34,965 nucleotides of DNA, taken from positions 14,785,817 to 14,820,781 of the forward strand of contig NC_068990.1 in the NCBI RefSeq assembly GCF_001194135.2, read 5' to 3'. This stretch comes from Octopus bimaculoides (lineage: Eukaryota). Each line of letters starts with the position of its first letter. Position 1 is the first letter of the stretch. The notes under the pieces are model-generated. The model had not been told where the DNA came from. It ran no database searches and saw only the letters and a program-made list of their open reading frames with translations. Position numbers and translations under genes: made by a program. This document shows, one piece after another, positions 9,878-20,961 of this stretch.

Positions 9878-10371
9878 GTAAGCACGTTTCAGAGCCGTCG
9901 GAGTAGCTAACCTATTTACTCGGGCGCATATTTTGACACATGAAATACGGATCACTGTCGCCGCTTACGTTTTCTCACTAAATCTGTTTCGTTGACATTC
10001 TCAACTGGCATTTCTTTCGTTTCAATCGCACGCCTCTGCGTTGGAAATCACTATGTGATAAATAATGTCCTACCGAACGAAATATAATGTGACTAATATC
10101 TAGAGGTAAGCCTTGGTTGTTTATATTCTATTTACGTATTGTTATGCATATGGTTTGACAAAGATTTGGCTGCTATTTCTACAGTGTTTAAAGCATCATT
10201 TACATACCGCGACGTTGGTTCGGTAGTCAAATGTTTGTTTACTTTAATTATTGATGTATCTACTGTACATTTACTTTCTATTTTATGTATCTTATAATAA
10301 TATTATAAAGTATTCATGCTCTACAGTCCATTGTTAAATAAAATAAATATTATTATTTTTGCTCGGATCAA

Positions 10372-10761
10372 GGCGACGAGCTGCAGAGCCGTTAGCACGC
10401 CGGACACAATGCTTCGCGGCATTTCGTCCGTCTTTATGTTTTGAGTTCAAAATCCACTGAGGTCGACTTTGCCTTTCATCCTTTCGGAACATACCCTCGC
10501 TAAGAGGGTCCACTGGACGGTACTAACTACTAACTCCTAACTCCTCACTATCCAAATGATGGGCCCCCAGATTTAGAAAATACGGTTTACAAAAATTAGT
10601 GCTCACCCAGAATATTCTGAAGCACCCCCAGGTACCAAAGCTGGTGACGGGCCTGTTTCGGGCTCGATGAAATAAGTACCAGGAGAGTACTGGGATCGAC
10701 GTAATCGTCTAGCTCCTAGCCCCAAAATTCCAGGCCTTGTGTACTTATAGTAGAAAGTATT
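10372..10761 (+). mobile_element. SINE family 1 split by a DNA transposon
   Basis: Head and body 10372-10489; resumes at 10656 through tail variant c. Confidence 0.85.
10490..10655. mobile_element. hAT/Tip100-like MITE nested in a SINE
   Basis: Right end CTGGTGACGGGCCTG, decayed left end; degenerate 8 bp TSD TTTCGGAA/TTTCGGGC from the SINE's TTTCGGGG; interior homologous to 12191-12315. Confidence 0.65.
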
Positions 10762-10778
10762 AGTTTAGCTTGGCTTTA

Positions 10779-10995
10779 GTCGGCAAGCTGGAAGAATCGT
10801 TAGCATACCGGACAAATTGCTTGGCAGTATTTCCTCCGTCTCATTACGTTCTGAGTTCAATTTCTGCCGCGGTCGACTTTGCCTTTCATCTTTTTCGGGG
10901 TCGATGAAATAAATATCAATTTTTCACTGGGATCGATGTAATCGACTGGCCCCTTCCCCAAAATTTCAGGCTTTGTGCATATGGTAGAAAAGATG
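10779..10995 (+). mobile_element. SINE family 1, full length, tail variant c
   Basis: Same head, body and tail motifs as 3062-3280. Confidence 0.9.
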
Positions 10996-11091
10996 AATTT
11001 TGCTGCGATGATGATTTTTGGAAAATTTCTCTTGGACCCCTGGTTTCCGACTTCTAAGATACTGCAGTAACATTGGTCCCTATGATTATGT

Positions 11092-11476
11092 ACTCTTTTA
11101 GATGTTTCAGTCACTGGACTGCGGCTATGCTGGAGTACCACATTACAGAGTTCGTCTAATATATCCCAGTACTTATTTTTCAAAGCCTGATACTTTTTCT
11201 ATTGTTCTTTTTCGATGAATCAATAACATACTGGGACGTAAACAAACTAACATCGGTTCTCAAGCAGTAGGGAGCACACACACACACACACACAGAGGTT
11301 TATATACGACGAGCTTCTTCACAGTTTCCGTCTACCAAATTCACTTAGAAGGCATTGGTCAGCCCGGTGTATTACTGAAGACACTTGGCCAAGATGCCGT
11401 ACAGTGGGACGGGAGTGAACCCGAAACCTTGAAGTTATAAAACGAACTTCTTAACTCCACAGCTGTGCTTGTGCCT
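11092..11476 (-). mobile_element. SINE family 2, full length, decayed
   Basis: Reverse complement aligns along 33631-34042, including the central microsatellite. Confidence 0.8.
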
Positions 11477-11533
11477 GCACTGTTATTTTATTTATTTGTT
11501 TATTTATGTTATATAATATATATGACATATATA

Positions 11534-11666
11534 CGTTAGCGTAGCTAGAGTGTGTGCCGCCCCTGGACCCAACAAAAAGCACATATTGCCTACAGCAGAC
11601 CCCAAAGTGCCGTCTCTTTAAAAGTGACACCCGGGCCGGACCGTCCCTACAGACCCCTAGCTACGC

Positions 11667-11671
<5 letters not shown>
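11534..11671. mobile_element. hAT-like MITE, 138 bp
   Basis: TIR CGTTAGCGTAGCTAG / CTAGCTACGCTAGTG; perfect 8 bp TSD CATATATA (11526-11533 and 11672-11679); homologous to 20844-20961 in opposite orientation. Confidence 0.9.
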
Positions 11672-11697
<26 letters not shown>

Positions 11698-12190
11698 NNN
11701 NNNNNNNNNNNNNNNNNNNNNNNNNNNNNNNNNNNNNNNNNNNNNNNNNNNNNNNNNNNNNNNNNNNNNNNNNNNNNNNNNNNNNNNNNNNNNNNNNNNN
11801 NNNNNNNNNNNNNNNNNNNNNNNNNNNNNNNNNNNNNNNNNNNNNNNNNNNNNNNNNNNNNNNNNNNNNNNNNNNNNNNNNNNNNNNNNNNNNNNNNNNN
11901 NNNNNNNNNNNNNNNNNNNNNNNNNNNNNNNNNNNNNNNNNNNNNNNNNNNNNNNNNNNNNNNNNNNNNNNNNNNNNNNNNNNNNNNNNNNNNNNNNNNN
12001 NNNNNNNNNNNNNNNNNNNNNNNNNNNNNNNNNNNNNNNNNNNNNNNNNNNNNNNNNNNNNNNNNNNNNNNNNNNNNNNNNNNNNNNNNNNNNNNNNNNN
12101 NNNNNNNNNNNNNNNNNNNNNNNNNNNNNNNNNNNNNNNNNNNNNNNNNNNNNNNNNNNNNNNNNNNNNNNNNNNNNNNNNNNNNNNNNN

Positions 12191-12315
12191 AATTTCAATG
12201 GTGCACTCTCAGATTTAGAAAATACAGTTTGCAAAAATCTTCCCTTAATACAAATTAGTGTCCATCCAGAATATTTTGAAAGACTCCCTAGTCATCAAAG
12301 TCTGGCGACGGGCTT
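12191..12315. mobile_element. hAT/Tip100-like MITE, right part (left part in gap)
   Basis: Shares CAGATTTAGAAAATAC..AATTAGTG..CCAGAATATT..CTGGCGACGGGC with 10490-10655. Confidence 0.7.
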
Positions 12316-13639
12316 ATATATTATGAAGTTGTGGTTAGTATAGAAATTTTAATTTGGAATTTTGTTTCTTAATTATTTTATTCACGCTTTCTTGATAAAC
12401 TATTCTATTCGGAGATAAACTATTCAGTTGTGGATTCCAGAAATATCTAACTACTATTTTCGATTAAGAACATTATTATATTTCGTTTTTTGATTTAGTT
12501 TGCTAGATTCTTGATGAGAACTTGTGTGTTGAAACAGATTTGCTTTGTATCTCAGGAGGTTCATTGCTGAGGTTGTGATTAGCGACAAAAGGACTTTGAC
12601 AAACCTTGCTGATTGATTGATTGATTGACTACAAGATTAATCATATAATCGATTACTGAATTACTTAAATGGTTAATCAATTGCCGAATAAAGAAGTGGA
12701 ATAGAACCAGTGCATGTGTTTATAATTGGCATAATGGCCTTCCCGAAATGCAACAAAACATTGTAATATTTAATAAATGATGTATTTAGTCAGAGAATGC
12801 TTTCGTAGTTTTCCCATCGAATTGGCATCTTATTAGACATGAATGATCAAACGGGGCAGTTCACTTACTGGAGTATTTTATTTGAAGTTTGTAAATAGGC
12901 TCAGGGAGGGACGTGTGCTTACTCTGGTATATATATATATATATATAAAATAATAATAATAATAATAATATTAGGGATAAAAATCCAAAATTACAGGTAA
13001 AAACTCAATTAAAATCAATTTATTTAAAATTAAATTAAGTTTCACAGTATAAATATANNNNNNNNNNNNNNNNNNNNNNNNNNNNNNNNNNNNNNNNNNN
13101 NNNNNNNNNNNNNNNNNNNNNNNNNNNNNNNNNNNNNNNNNNNNNNNNNNNNNNNNNNNNNNNNNNNNNNNNNNNNNNNNNNNNNNNNNNNNNNNNNNNN
13201 NNNNNNNNNNNNNNNNNNNNNNNNNNNNNNNNNNNNNNNNNNNNNNNNNNNNNNNNNNNNNNNNNNNNNNNNNNNNNNNNNNNNNNNNNNNNNNNNNNNN
13301 NNNNNNNNNNNNNNNNNNNNNNNNNNNNNNNNNNNNNNNNNNNNNNNNNNNNNNNNNNNNNNNNNNNNNNNNNNNNNNNNNNNNNNNNNNNNNNNNNNNN
13401 NNNNNNNNNNNNNNNNNNNNNNNNNNNNNNNNNNNNNNNNNNNNNNNNNNNNNNNNNNNNNNNNNNNNNNNNNNNNNNNNATATATATATATATATATAT
13501 ATATAGTTTTAGGGAAAAGAACCAAGGTTCATGAGCTCATCGATGAAAATCCAGTCACATATAGAAAAATTAATAAGTAAAAGCACAATAAATAAGTATA
13601 ATATAATACAAAGTAAATATCATAAGATAAAGATAATAA

Positions 13640-13705
13640 AATGACTACACGTGTTTCATAACCAATTTTCCGTAGGTGCAAAACCCGTCCTCATCAGATG
13701 TTCAG
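13640..13705 (-). ncRNA. Degenerate hammerhead-like core
   Basis: Minus strand reads GAACAT CTGATGA G..GAAA CACGTG TA GTC, with palindromic stem III CACGTG. Stems I and II pair poorly. Confidence 0.3.
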
Positions 13706-14169
13706 AGCTAAAATGAAAAGAATTTAAAAGAAATTTATGTTAACTTTTGAGTGAGAGGTTTTCTGTTCCATCCGTTGCTTCTAGTCACGTGAGTGTTTTA
13801 TCAATCTTAGTGGTCTCTGTTATTTCATTGCATGTTCCATGTGGTACGGTATACAGGATTTTGGCATGAGTTGCTCGACATTCTGTGGAGTGTGATGTTT
13901 AAACATTAGTTCTATCATTGCGTGCTCCGCGTGGTAAAGCAGAGAGGATGATGGTGTCAGTTAGTCGGCTAGCTGGATTATTACACACCCTGCAATTTGC
14001 ATGGCACAGCTAGGTCAAGGGTGATATTTCTGGAATTTCAATGGCCAATGGTTTGAAATTCATTAACAGGACATGTCTATGGTAACAAGAACGGAATAAG
14101 TCGGTTTTCCTATTGATTTACAATGCAGGCTGCTGGAGTATGTGAATTTTGTTAATGAAGCAGAGTTAG

Positions 14170-15355
14170 CTGTTATTATTTGTCGACCTAGAGAAGGTCT
14201 TTGACGCGAGCCCATTGTCTGTAACTTGATAGTCGCTGAAGAAGTTAGGGGTAAATGAATGGCTTGTGAGGGATATACAAGCCACGTACAGATTCAGACA
14301 GCAAGATGAGACTTACTAATGAGAATAGCGATTAATTTAGCGTGAAGTTTGTGATCCACCAGGGCTCACTTCCCAGTTCCCTTCTATTTATCATAGTTCC
14401 TTAGAAAATAGCTGAGGCGTTTAAGACTGGCTATCCATGGGAAGACCTATATGCAAATGATTTAATTCTTAGAGCTAATTTTGTAGTAGAATTTAAGAAA
14501 AAATTCCAGACGTGGACACAAGAGGTTTCAAAACAAATTTATTTAAAATAAGTAGAAAAGTAAATATGATCGTGAGACCGCCAGGAAATGGCCGTGTCTG
14601 ATATGCAGAAAGGAATCAAACTGAAATTCCATCCAGTAGACCCTGTGTAAACTATGGGCGCACAGGAAGTGTAGTAGTATCAAAGGTATGCTAACGAGAA
14701 GGCTAGACTTTATATGCAGAAGATGTTCAGGAATTGTAAGCACTGAGAGTATATCTGAAAAAGATTCATCCCATTGCTTTGGAAGTTCCTTGGGAGTAGT
14801 TGATAAACAACTGTCAAGATGGATGCAGTATATTAGCCAGAATAAGTATTGGCTGGAAGAAGTTCACAGCTATTATCTGCGATAGTAAGAAGGGAGTTCT
14901 CTCTCAAAGTGGTAGGGACAGGATGATGCCTGTGTATGAAATAAGATGTGAGTGAAGCGTAAGCTCTGAATATAGGGGATTGGCAAAAACTAGAAAGAAA
15001 TGAAGCGAGCATTCTTCATTGGATGTTAAAGTTAATGTGAATGACAAAGTACAAATCAGCTGAGAGAAAATCTATGTGTGACAGGAATCAGTTGTAGTAT
15101 TCAAGAGAAAAGGCTGCGCTAATATGGGTATATGAAGCGTAAGGAGGATGACAACTGTATTTAAAATGTGTAAGGCATTTAAAGTGGATGGAACTTGAAG
15201 AAAAGACCGTGGAGGACACGAGAATAGTGGTGAAGACTGATCTTAAGATATTGAGCCTTATAGAGGAGGAAACATGAGGCCGCAGTGATTAACGAAATGC
15301 AGTGGTGAATAGGACCAACCCAACCATACAAACATGGTGAAACGAACGTCGAAAT
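14170..15355 (+). mobile_element. Decayed RTE-clade LINE, reverse transcriptase to 3' end (stops and frameshifts)
   Basis: Manual translation: FVDLEKVFD (14179), KLGVNEWLVR, HQGS..LLFIIV, TGYPWEDLYAND (YADD equivalent at 14450-14461), WPCLICRK..CKLWAHRKCS..FICRRCSG, RISIGWKKF, KLERNE, EKRLR; RTE-like 3' end CCAACCC..CATGG..AACG. Confidence 0.9.
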
Positions 15356-16348
15356 TGTGGTTGTAGAGGCTTGCTTTGATTGGACGTTGAATGATTTGTA
15401 GGGCTGAATTGGGCTGCGTGCTGTTTTCCCATATAAAACCAAATCCATTTTTAGGTTTTTGATAAGACAATTTATTTATACACTACAATGACTACAAAGT
15501 TACTTGCAACAGGCTGTATCACTGATAACCGGTAGAGAGTCTTGTATGTACGTTGTATCTGGCTAAGAATTAGACAACAAAATTCGTGCAGCAACAGGCG
15601 GGAAAATTCGATATTCATTATAAACAAACGATTCCTTTTAATCCCGAGTCAAGCAACGACCAAGAAACCTGTCTTCTAAGAAAATCCTGAAATCTCTGCA
15701 ATGGCTGTCCACGCTTCTCTTTTTATAGCAATGTTTTGGCGGAAAATCATGAAAAATTCTATCGATCGCTGGATTGCAACCAAAATACTACTGGTCAAAA
15801 TTCAGGCCTAGTCGCTTGATGTTGTGGCTTATTTCTCCTTACTGACCTAATGCGATTTCAAGTTTCGTCACCTCATGTACAAATATAATAATAATTAATA
15901 TTATTATACCTGTATTCATTTTGATAGTAAGATTTTTAAAAATCGACTTTGTTTGTGAAAGAATTTAGATTTGCACACCCTAGGCAAATTTCGTTCGGGA
16001 ATTTATATCAGAAAAGAACTCTAAAAGTGTAAGGTTAGAATGATAATTTATGGCTGGCCGCCAACACTTTTTTTTGCAAAATAGGGGTAATTTATCTTGT
16101 TTATGCTATATTATTAGCATTATCCTGCGTTTGAGAATAATAAAAAAAATTACTTCTTTAACTTAATATAAATAGTTTATACAAGTTATTCAAGAGTTTC
16201 AATAGCTCAATGTTTTCTCAAAGGTGAGAAAATGGGGAGTCATTGAAAGACTTCTAACAATTGTAGGGAACTTATTTATATAAATCAACACACACACACA
16301 CACGGTTCGAAATTGTGCAATAAAACAAAGAACAAAAGACTGAGTTAG

Positions 16349-16604
16349 GTGATGGAACAACAAACAAGGTGTATATGTATGTATGTATGCATATCACACA
16401 TACAGACACACATAAACACACACACACCCGTACCTAACACTCACAATCCCACACACACACGCACATCCACACACATACACACACACGCACACACCCACAT
16501 ACACACACACACTTCTCACCAACACTACACACTCACACAGACACGCATACAATCACACACACATGGGCATAAACAACACACGCATATACAATAGCAAACG
16601 CACG
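16349..16604. repeat. Degenerate (CA)n low-complexity tract
   Basis: Visible directly; accounts for the H/T-rich ORF 16349-16594. Confidence 0.9.
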
Positions 16605-17561
16605 NNNNNNNNNNNNNNNNNNNNNNNNNNNNNNNNNNNNNNNNNNNNNNNNNNNNNNNNNNNNNNNNNNNNNNNNNNNNNNNNNNNNNNNNNNNNNNNN
16701 NNNNNNNNNNNNNNNNNNNNNNNNNNNNNNNNNNNNNNNNNNNNNNNNNNNNNNNNNNNNNNNNNNNNNNNNNNNNNNNNNNNNNNNNNNNNNNNNNNNN
16801 NNNNNNNNNNNNNNNNNNNNNNNNNNNNNNNNNNNNNNNNNNNNNNNNNNNNNNNNNNNNNNNNNNNNNNNNNNNNNNNNNNNNNNNNNNNNNNNNNNNN
16901 NNNNNNNNNNNNNNNNNNNNNNNNNNNNNNNNNNNNNNNNNNNNNNNNNNNNNNNNNNNNNNNNNNNNNNNNNNNNNNNNNNNNNNNNNNNNNNNNNNNN
17001 NNNNNNNNNNNNNNNNNNNNNNNNNNNNNNNNNNNNNNNNNNNNNNNNNNNNNNNNNNNNNNNNNNNNNNNNNNNNNNNNNNNNNNNNNNNNNNNNNNNN
17101 NNNNNNNNNNNNNNNNNNNNNNNNNNNNNNNNNNNNNNNNNNNNNNNNNNNNNNNNNNNNNNNNNNNNNNNNNNNNNNNNNNNNNNNNNNNNNNNNNNNN
17201 NNNNNNNNNNNNNNNNNNNNNNNNNNNNNNNNNNNNNNNNNNNNNNNNNNNNNNNNNNNNNNNNNNNNNNNNNNNNNNNNNNNNNNNNNNNNNNNNNNNN
17301 NNNNNNNNNNNNNNNNNNNNNNNNNNNNNNNNNNNNNNNNNNNNNNNNNNNNNNNNNNNNNNNNNNNNNNNNNNNNNNNNNNNNNNNNNNNNNNNNNNNN
17401 NNNNNNNNNNNNNNNNNNNNNNNNNNNNNNNNNNNNNNNNNNNNNNNNNNNNNNNNNNNNNNNNNNNNNNATAATATCAAGGGTAATGAAAAATATTAGA
17501 AATTTCTACTACCAGTGGCCTAGCGTGTAAAAATTTACTCCGTAGACTATATATTATTCAT

Positions 17562-17907
17562 ATAAATACAGTGTACATTTAAACACATAAGAGGCATCCA
17601 TTATAGGACTCCTTGCACGCTAGAAAGAACAGTTAAGTTCCAAACCACTATTAGGGATAAAACTTGGAAGAGAATGAAAAATAAAAACGTTTACCATCTA
17701 AGAAGAAGACTTCGCCTGGCAAATTATTTTATTTGCTAAAATAAGTCAGAAACCATTGGTCCAGGAGCTAGATGTTAAACGTTTTTATTTTTCATTCCCT
17801 TCGAAGTTTTATCCCTAATAGTGGTTTGGAGCTTAGCTGTTCCTTCTAGCGTGCAAGGAGTCCTATAATGGATGCCTCTTATGTGTTTAAGTGTACACTG
17901 TATTTAT
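17562..17907. repeat. Inverted repeat with ~139 bp arms and a 68 bp spacer
   Basis: 17562-17700 is the reverse complement of 17769-17907 with scattered mismatches. Confidence 0.95.
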
Positions 17908-18109
17908 TTTCATCAGGAGGAAACTTCACATTTCTGGTTGGCCGACTGTTGTATTCTTTCTTGTCTTGAGGTTCACAACCAAACGGCTGGGTGGATTCGC
18001 GTGAAAAATGGCACACATGTGGAGACATGTGCATAGATTGGAACGCACTTTCCATCTCTCTCTCTCTCATATACACATACACCATCAACATATGCCTAAC
18101 CAAAAACGA

Positions 18110-18220
18110 TCACAGCCACATCATCCAAACAGACCAGGTGAAACAACGAAAAAAACAAACAGAGAAACGAGACATGCAACATAAAGAGTATATCCCTTCG
18201 TCAGCTGTCCCTATCCATCT
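18110..18220 (-). mobile_element. Possible Penelope-like LTR fragment
   Basis: Minus strand GGACAGCTGACGAAGGGAT; same layout as 7740-7850. Confidence 0.3.
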
Positions 18221-18507
18221 AATATATATATATATATATATATACACGCACACACATATATACATATATATGTATACATACACACACACACACACATAAG
18301 TGTATTCTAAGCAGCTGAGGTTATAGATCTGCACTGAAACAATACTCTAGCTGCCTGAAATGTGTAAACTGATACAACGATACATAGAAACACGTATCTA
18401 GTTTAGTTTCTGGCTTTTTCTTTCTTTTTTAGTTTTGGTTTTTCGTATAGAGAAGACAAAAGAAGCGAACAACCAGACTCTTGTTTCGATTTTATTCGGA
18501 ACCTTAA

Positions 18508-18720
18508 AGCGGCGAGCTGGCAGAACCGTTAGCACGCCGGACAAAATGCTTAGCGGCATTTCGTCTACCTTTACGTTCTGAGTTCTAGTTTTGCTGGAGT
18601 TGACTTTACTTTTCATACTTTCTGAATCGATAAAATAAGTAATAACTAACTACAGAGGTCGATGTAACTGATTTCTTCACACTTCAAAAATGCTAGACTT
18701 ATGCCAAAATAAGAATGATT
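18508..18720 (+). mobile_element. SINE family 1, decayed
   Basis: GCGGCGAGCTGGCAGAACCGTTAGCACGCCGGACAAAATGC head and body. Confidence 0.85.
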
Positions 18721-18877
18721 TTTATTTCGAGTCTTCTTCAGAAGCCGTCTCCGCCAGCTTCTGTCCGCAGAGAAATACAATGGCTTTATTAGACTACCCG
18801 TGACCCGTTGGGTCACCAGGAAAGTCTCAGATTTTCAGTAACAGAATTTTGTTTTATGTTTGCTTTGTCTTTTCCAG

Positions 18878-18946
18878 ATTATTTCGCATGCTTTCAACGA
18901 ATGTGACATCGAAATCGCGCGTAAACGGCTTCTTTCCCCAGAAAAG
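18878..18946 (+). CDS. Candidate internal coding exon, 69 nt, product unknown
   Basis: Long pyrimidine tract TTTTGTTTTATGTTTGCTTTGTCTTTTCCAG| and donor AAG|GTAAGA; length divisible by 3; open as IISHAFNECDIEIARKRLLSPEK (phase 0-0) or LFRMLSTNVTSKSRVNGFFPQK. Confidence 0.45.
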
Positions 18947-18948
18947 GT

Positions 18949-19065
18949 AAGATTTGGCTGCTATTTCTTGCACACCCTGCTACCACGTAACAGGTATTTC
19001 GGGTCCTTTATCGCAAATAGCTGTTACTTGGTAGCATGGTGTACTAGAAATAGCAGCCAAATCTT
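18949..19065. repeat. Fold-back hairpin with ~55 bp arms
   Basis: AAGATTTGGCTGCTATTTCT..GCTACCA..GTAACAG pairs with CTGTTAC..TGGTAGC..AGAAATAGCAGCCAAATCTT; the terminal motif also occurs at about 10161-10181 and, decayed, at about 5835-5880. Confidence 0.9.
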
Positions 19066-20040
19066 TGGAGGTGAGATACGTTGAATGCACTCGAAAAGAT
19101 CCTATGGAAAAAAAATTATTTCACACCGAGGATACGAACAGGTCTTTTACGAAATATTTACCGTATTTTAAAGTCATTTTCACTTTTAAATATGTTTAAA
19201 TATGCCAAAAAATGTTTTGTAATGGTATTCACTTGAAAATAATTTTTTAAAAAAACATTAAGATATTGACTGCTTACAGAAAACTAAAATATAAATACTG
19301 TACAAACAACTTACATTTTTGAAATTACATTCACTTAAGAATATTTCTAAATGATTAAAATATTGTGCTCAACAAAAGTGAAGATAGAAACACAAATTGT
19401 ATTTTCTCGTTGTCAAGTCAGTGTCTAATCGAAAGGTTAGAGTTTCTTCCCTTTCAGGATGAAGTTATATTCGGAATATTTTCCCATTATTCACCGTTTT
19501 GGGTACTTATACCCCGAAGCCTCGAATATCTCAATAACTACTGATCCGATTTACACGAAACTTGTTTTATTCCTTTCGTATTAACATTTCAGGGAAAACT
19601 TAATTCATAGTATTTTCCCATTACGCGCCAGTTTGGCTGTGTAACATTGCAAGCAAGCAAGATTGAACTTTACTTTTAATAGTGTATAGATGAGCCTGCT
19701 AAATATGGTAGTATCACCTAACAAACTGGTGGTCCCTATTTGTATAATATTTCAGCTGTTATTGGTCGAAATATTTAGTGCTGACTTATAAACTAAGCCA
19801 CTGGTGAATAAATATATAGCATTATTGAAACACTACACGGTTTAATAGAAGCCACGTTAATGAAAAATATATACCGATACGTAGAAGCAACATATGACTA
19901 TTGCATATGTATTCATCTGCGGATAAGAAAGGAAACAATTGATTTGATCAGAGTTCCGGTTTTCTTCTTTTTAGCTTTCTTATATTGCGTCTGTACAAAT
20001 ATTACTTATCTTATGTATGAACAGTTTTTAACGATCTTAC

Positions 20041-20125
20041 CTGCTGGAATCTTGTAAGTTTGATTAATGCCAAGTTTACTCTGGAATCTCTTACTCAAGC
20101 TGAGTTAACCAAAGGATTTGGAGGC
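20041..20125 (-). other. Candidate non-coding exon, 85 nt
   Basis: Minus-strand acceptor TTTCACAAACGCAG|G and donor CAG|GTAAGA; stops in all three frames, so UTR or lncRNA if real. Confidence 0.25.
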
Positions 20126-20184
20126 CTGCGTTTGTGAAACTGCTCCTCTCTATCCCTTTCCCCATTTCCTTTCTTCCGTTCATA

Positions 20185-20298
20185 CATTCCCCGAGGCTAT
20201 AGTTGAAGACACGTACCCAAGGTGCCATGCAGTAGGACTGAACCCCGAACCATGTGATTGGGAAGCAATCTTCTTACCACACAGTCTCGGATGCGCCT
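20185..20298 (-). mobile_element. SINE family 2, head
   Basis: Reverse complement of the head at 33631-33740. Confidence 0.85.
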
Positions 20299-20698
20299 AT
20301 TAAATGCACATATGGATATATTCCCACTCTTGTTGTTAGCTATGCATACGCTGTTTTAGATATCGATGGAGAACAAGATATTTCGAATAACTAATCCTTT
20401 GAATTATAATAGGAAGATATGGAGTTTAGAATATTGGTTATATGTTGTCCCCTGTATACTGCACCACATACAGGGGAGATGGGGGTTTCAGTATTTTTCT
20501 TTTGGTGAGGTGTTGTCCAAAAGTGTCGAAAAAAATACTATATAAGGTGGGAATCGCAATTCGTAAAAAGTGGACACATTTTTGTGTATTCTAACTTTGT
20601 TGTAGCAGACCATATACATACGAAAGAGTAATGCTGTGAAACTGCTGGAAATAAACCGTGGTCCCGACTGTTTTGGTGTCGGCTCGGCTAAAAAGTGT

Positions 20699-20712
20699 GT
20701 TGCCCGAGCAAC
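20699..20712. promoter_or_regulatory. RFX X-box
   Basis: GTTGCC-CG-AGCAAC matches GTNRCC(N0-3)RGYAAC; lies in a locally CpG-rich unique stretch (about 20655-20790). Confidence 0.45.
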
Positions 20713-20843
20713 TAAAGCAAGAACCCTGCATCCGCCACTGACATAAGCGTTGCTCTTTTTTGCCGAACCGCTACGTCGAGGAAACGAAAGTGAAGAGAGG
20801 ATGTGCAGTTTTTGCATAGTGTGAAGGATTGAGCAGATAGGGA

Positions 20844-20961
20844 CACTAGCGTAGATAAACGGGGGTGGTCCGCCCCGGGCAGCACCACTTTTAGGTCTGT
20901 TGTAGGCAATATGTATTTTTGAGGGGCCCCGCAGGCGGCACACACTCTAGCTACACTAGTG
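20844..20961. mobile_element. hAT-like MITE, 118 bp
   Basis: TIR CACTAGCGTAG / CTAGCTACACTAGTG; 8 bp TSD GATAGGGA/GATAAGGA (7 of 8 match); same family as 11534-11671. Confidence 0.9.

Noticed and set aside
2932-9955. Poly-Leu, YI, CV, SL and HT repeat ORFs
   Set aside because: Translations of (TTA)n, (TA)n, (TG)n, (CT)n and (CA)n microsatellites.
20535-20590. Tc1/mariner-like terminal sequence (AAGTGGACACATTT)
   Set aside because: No partner TIR or TA-flanked pair found.
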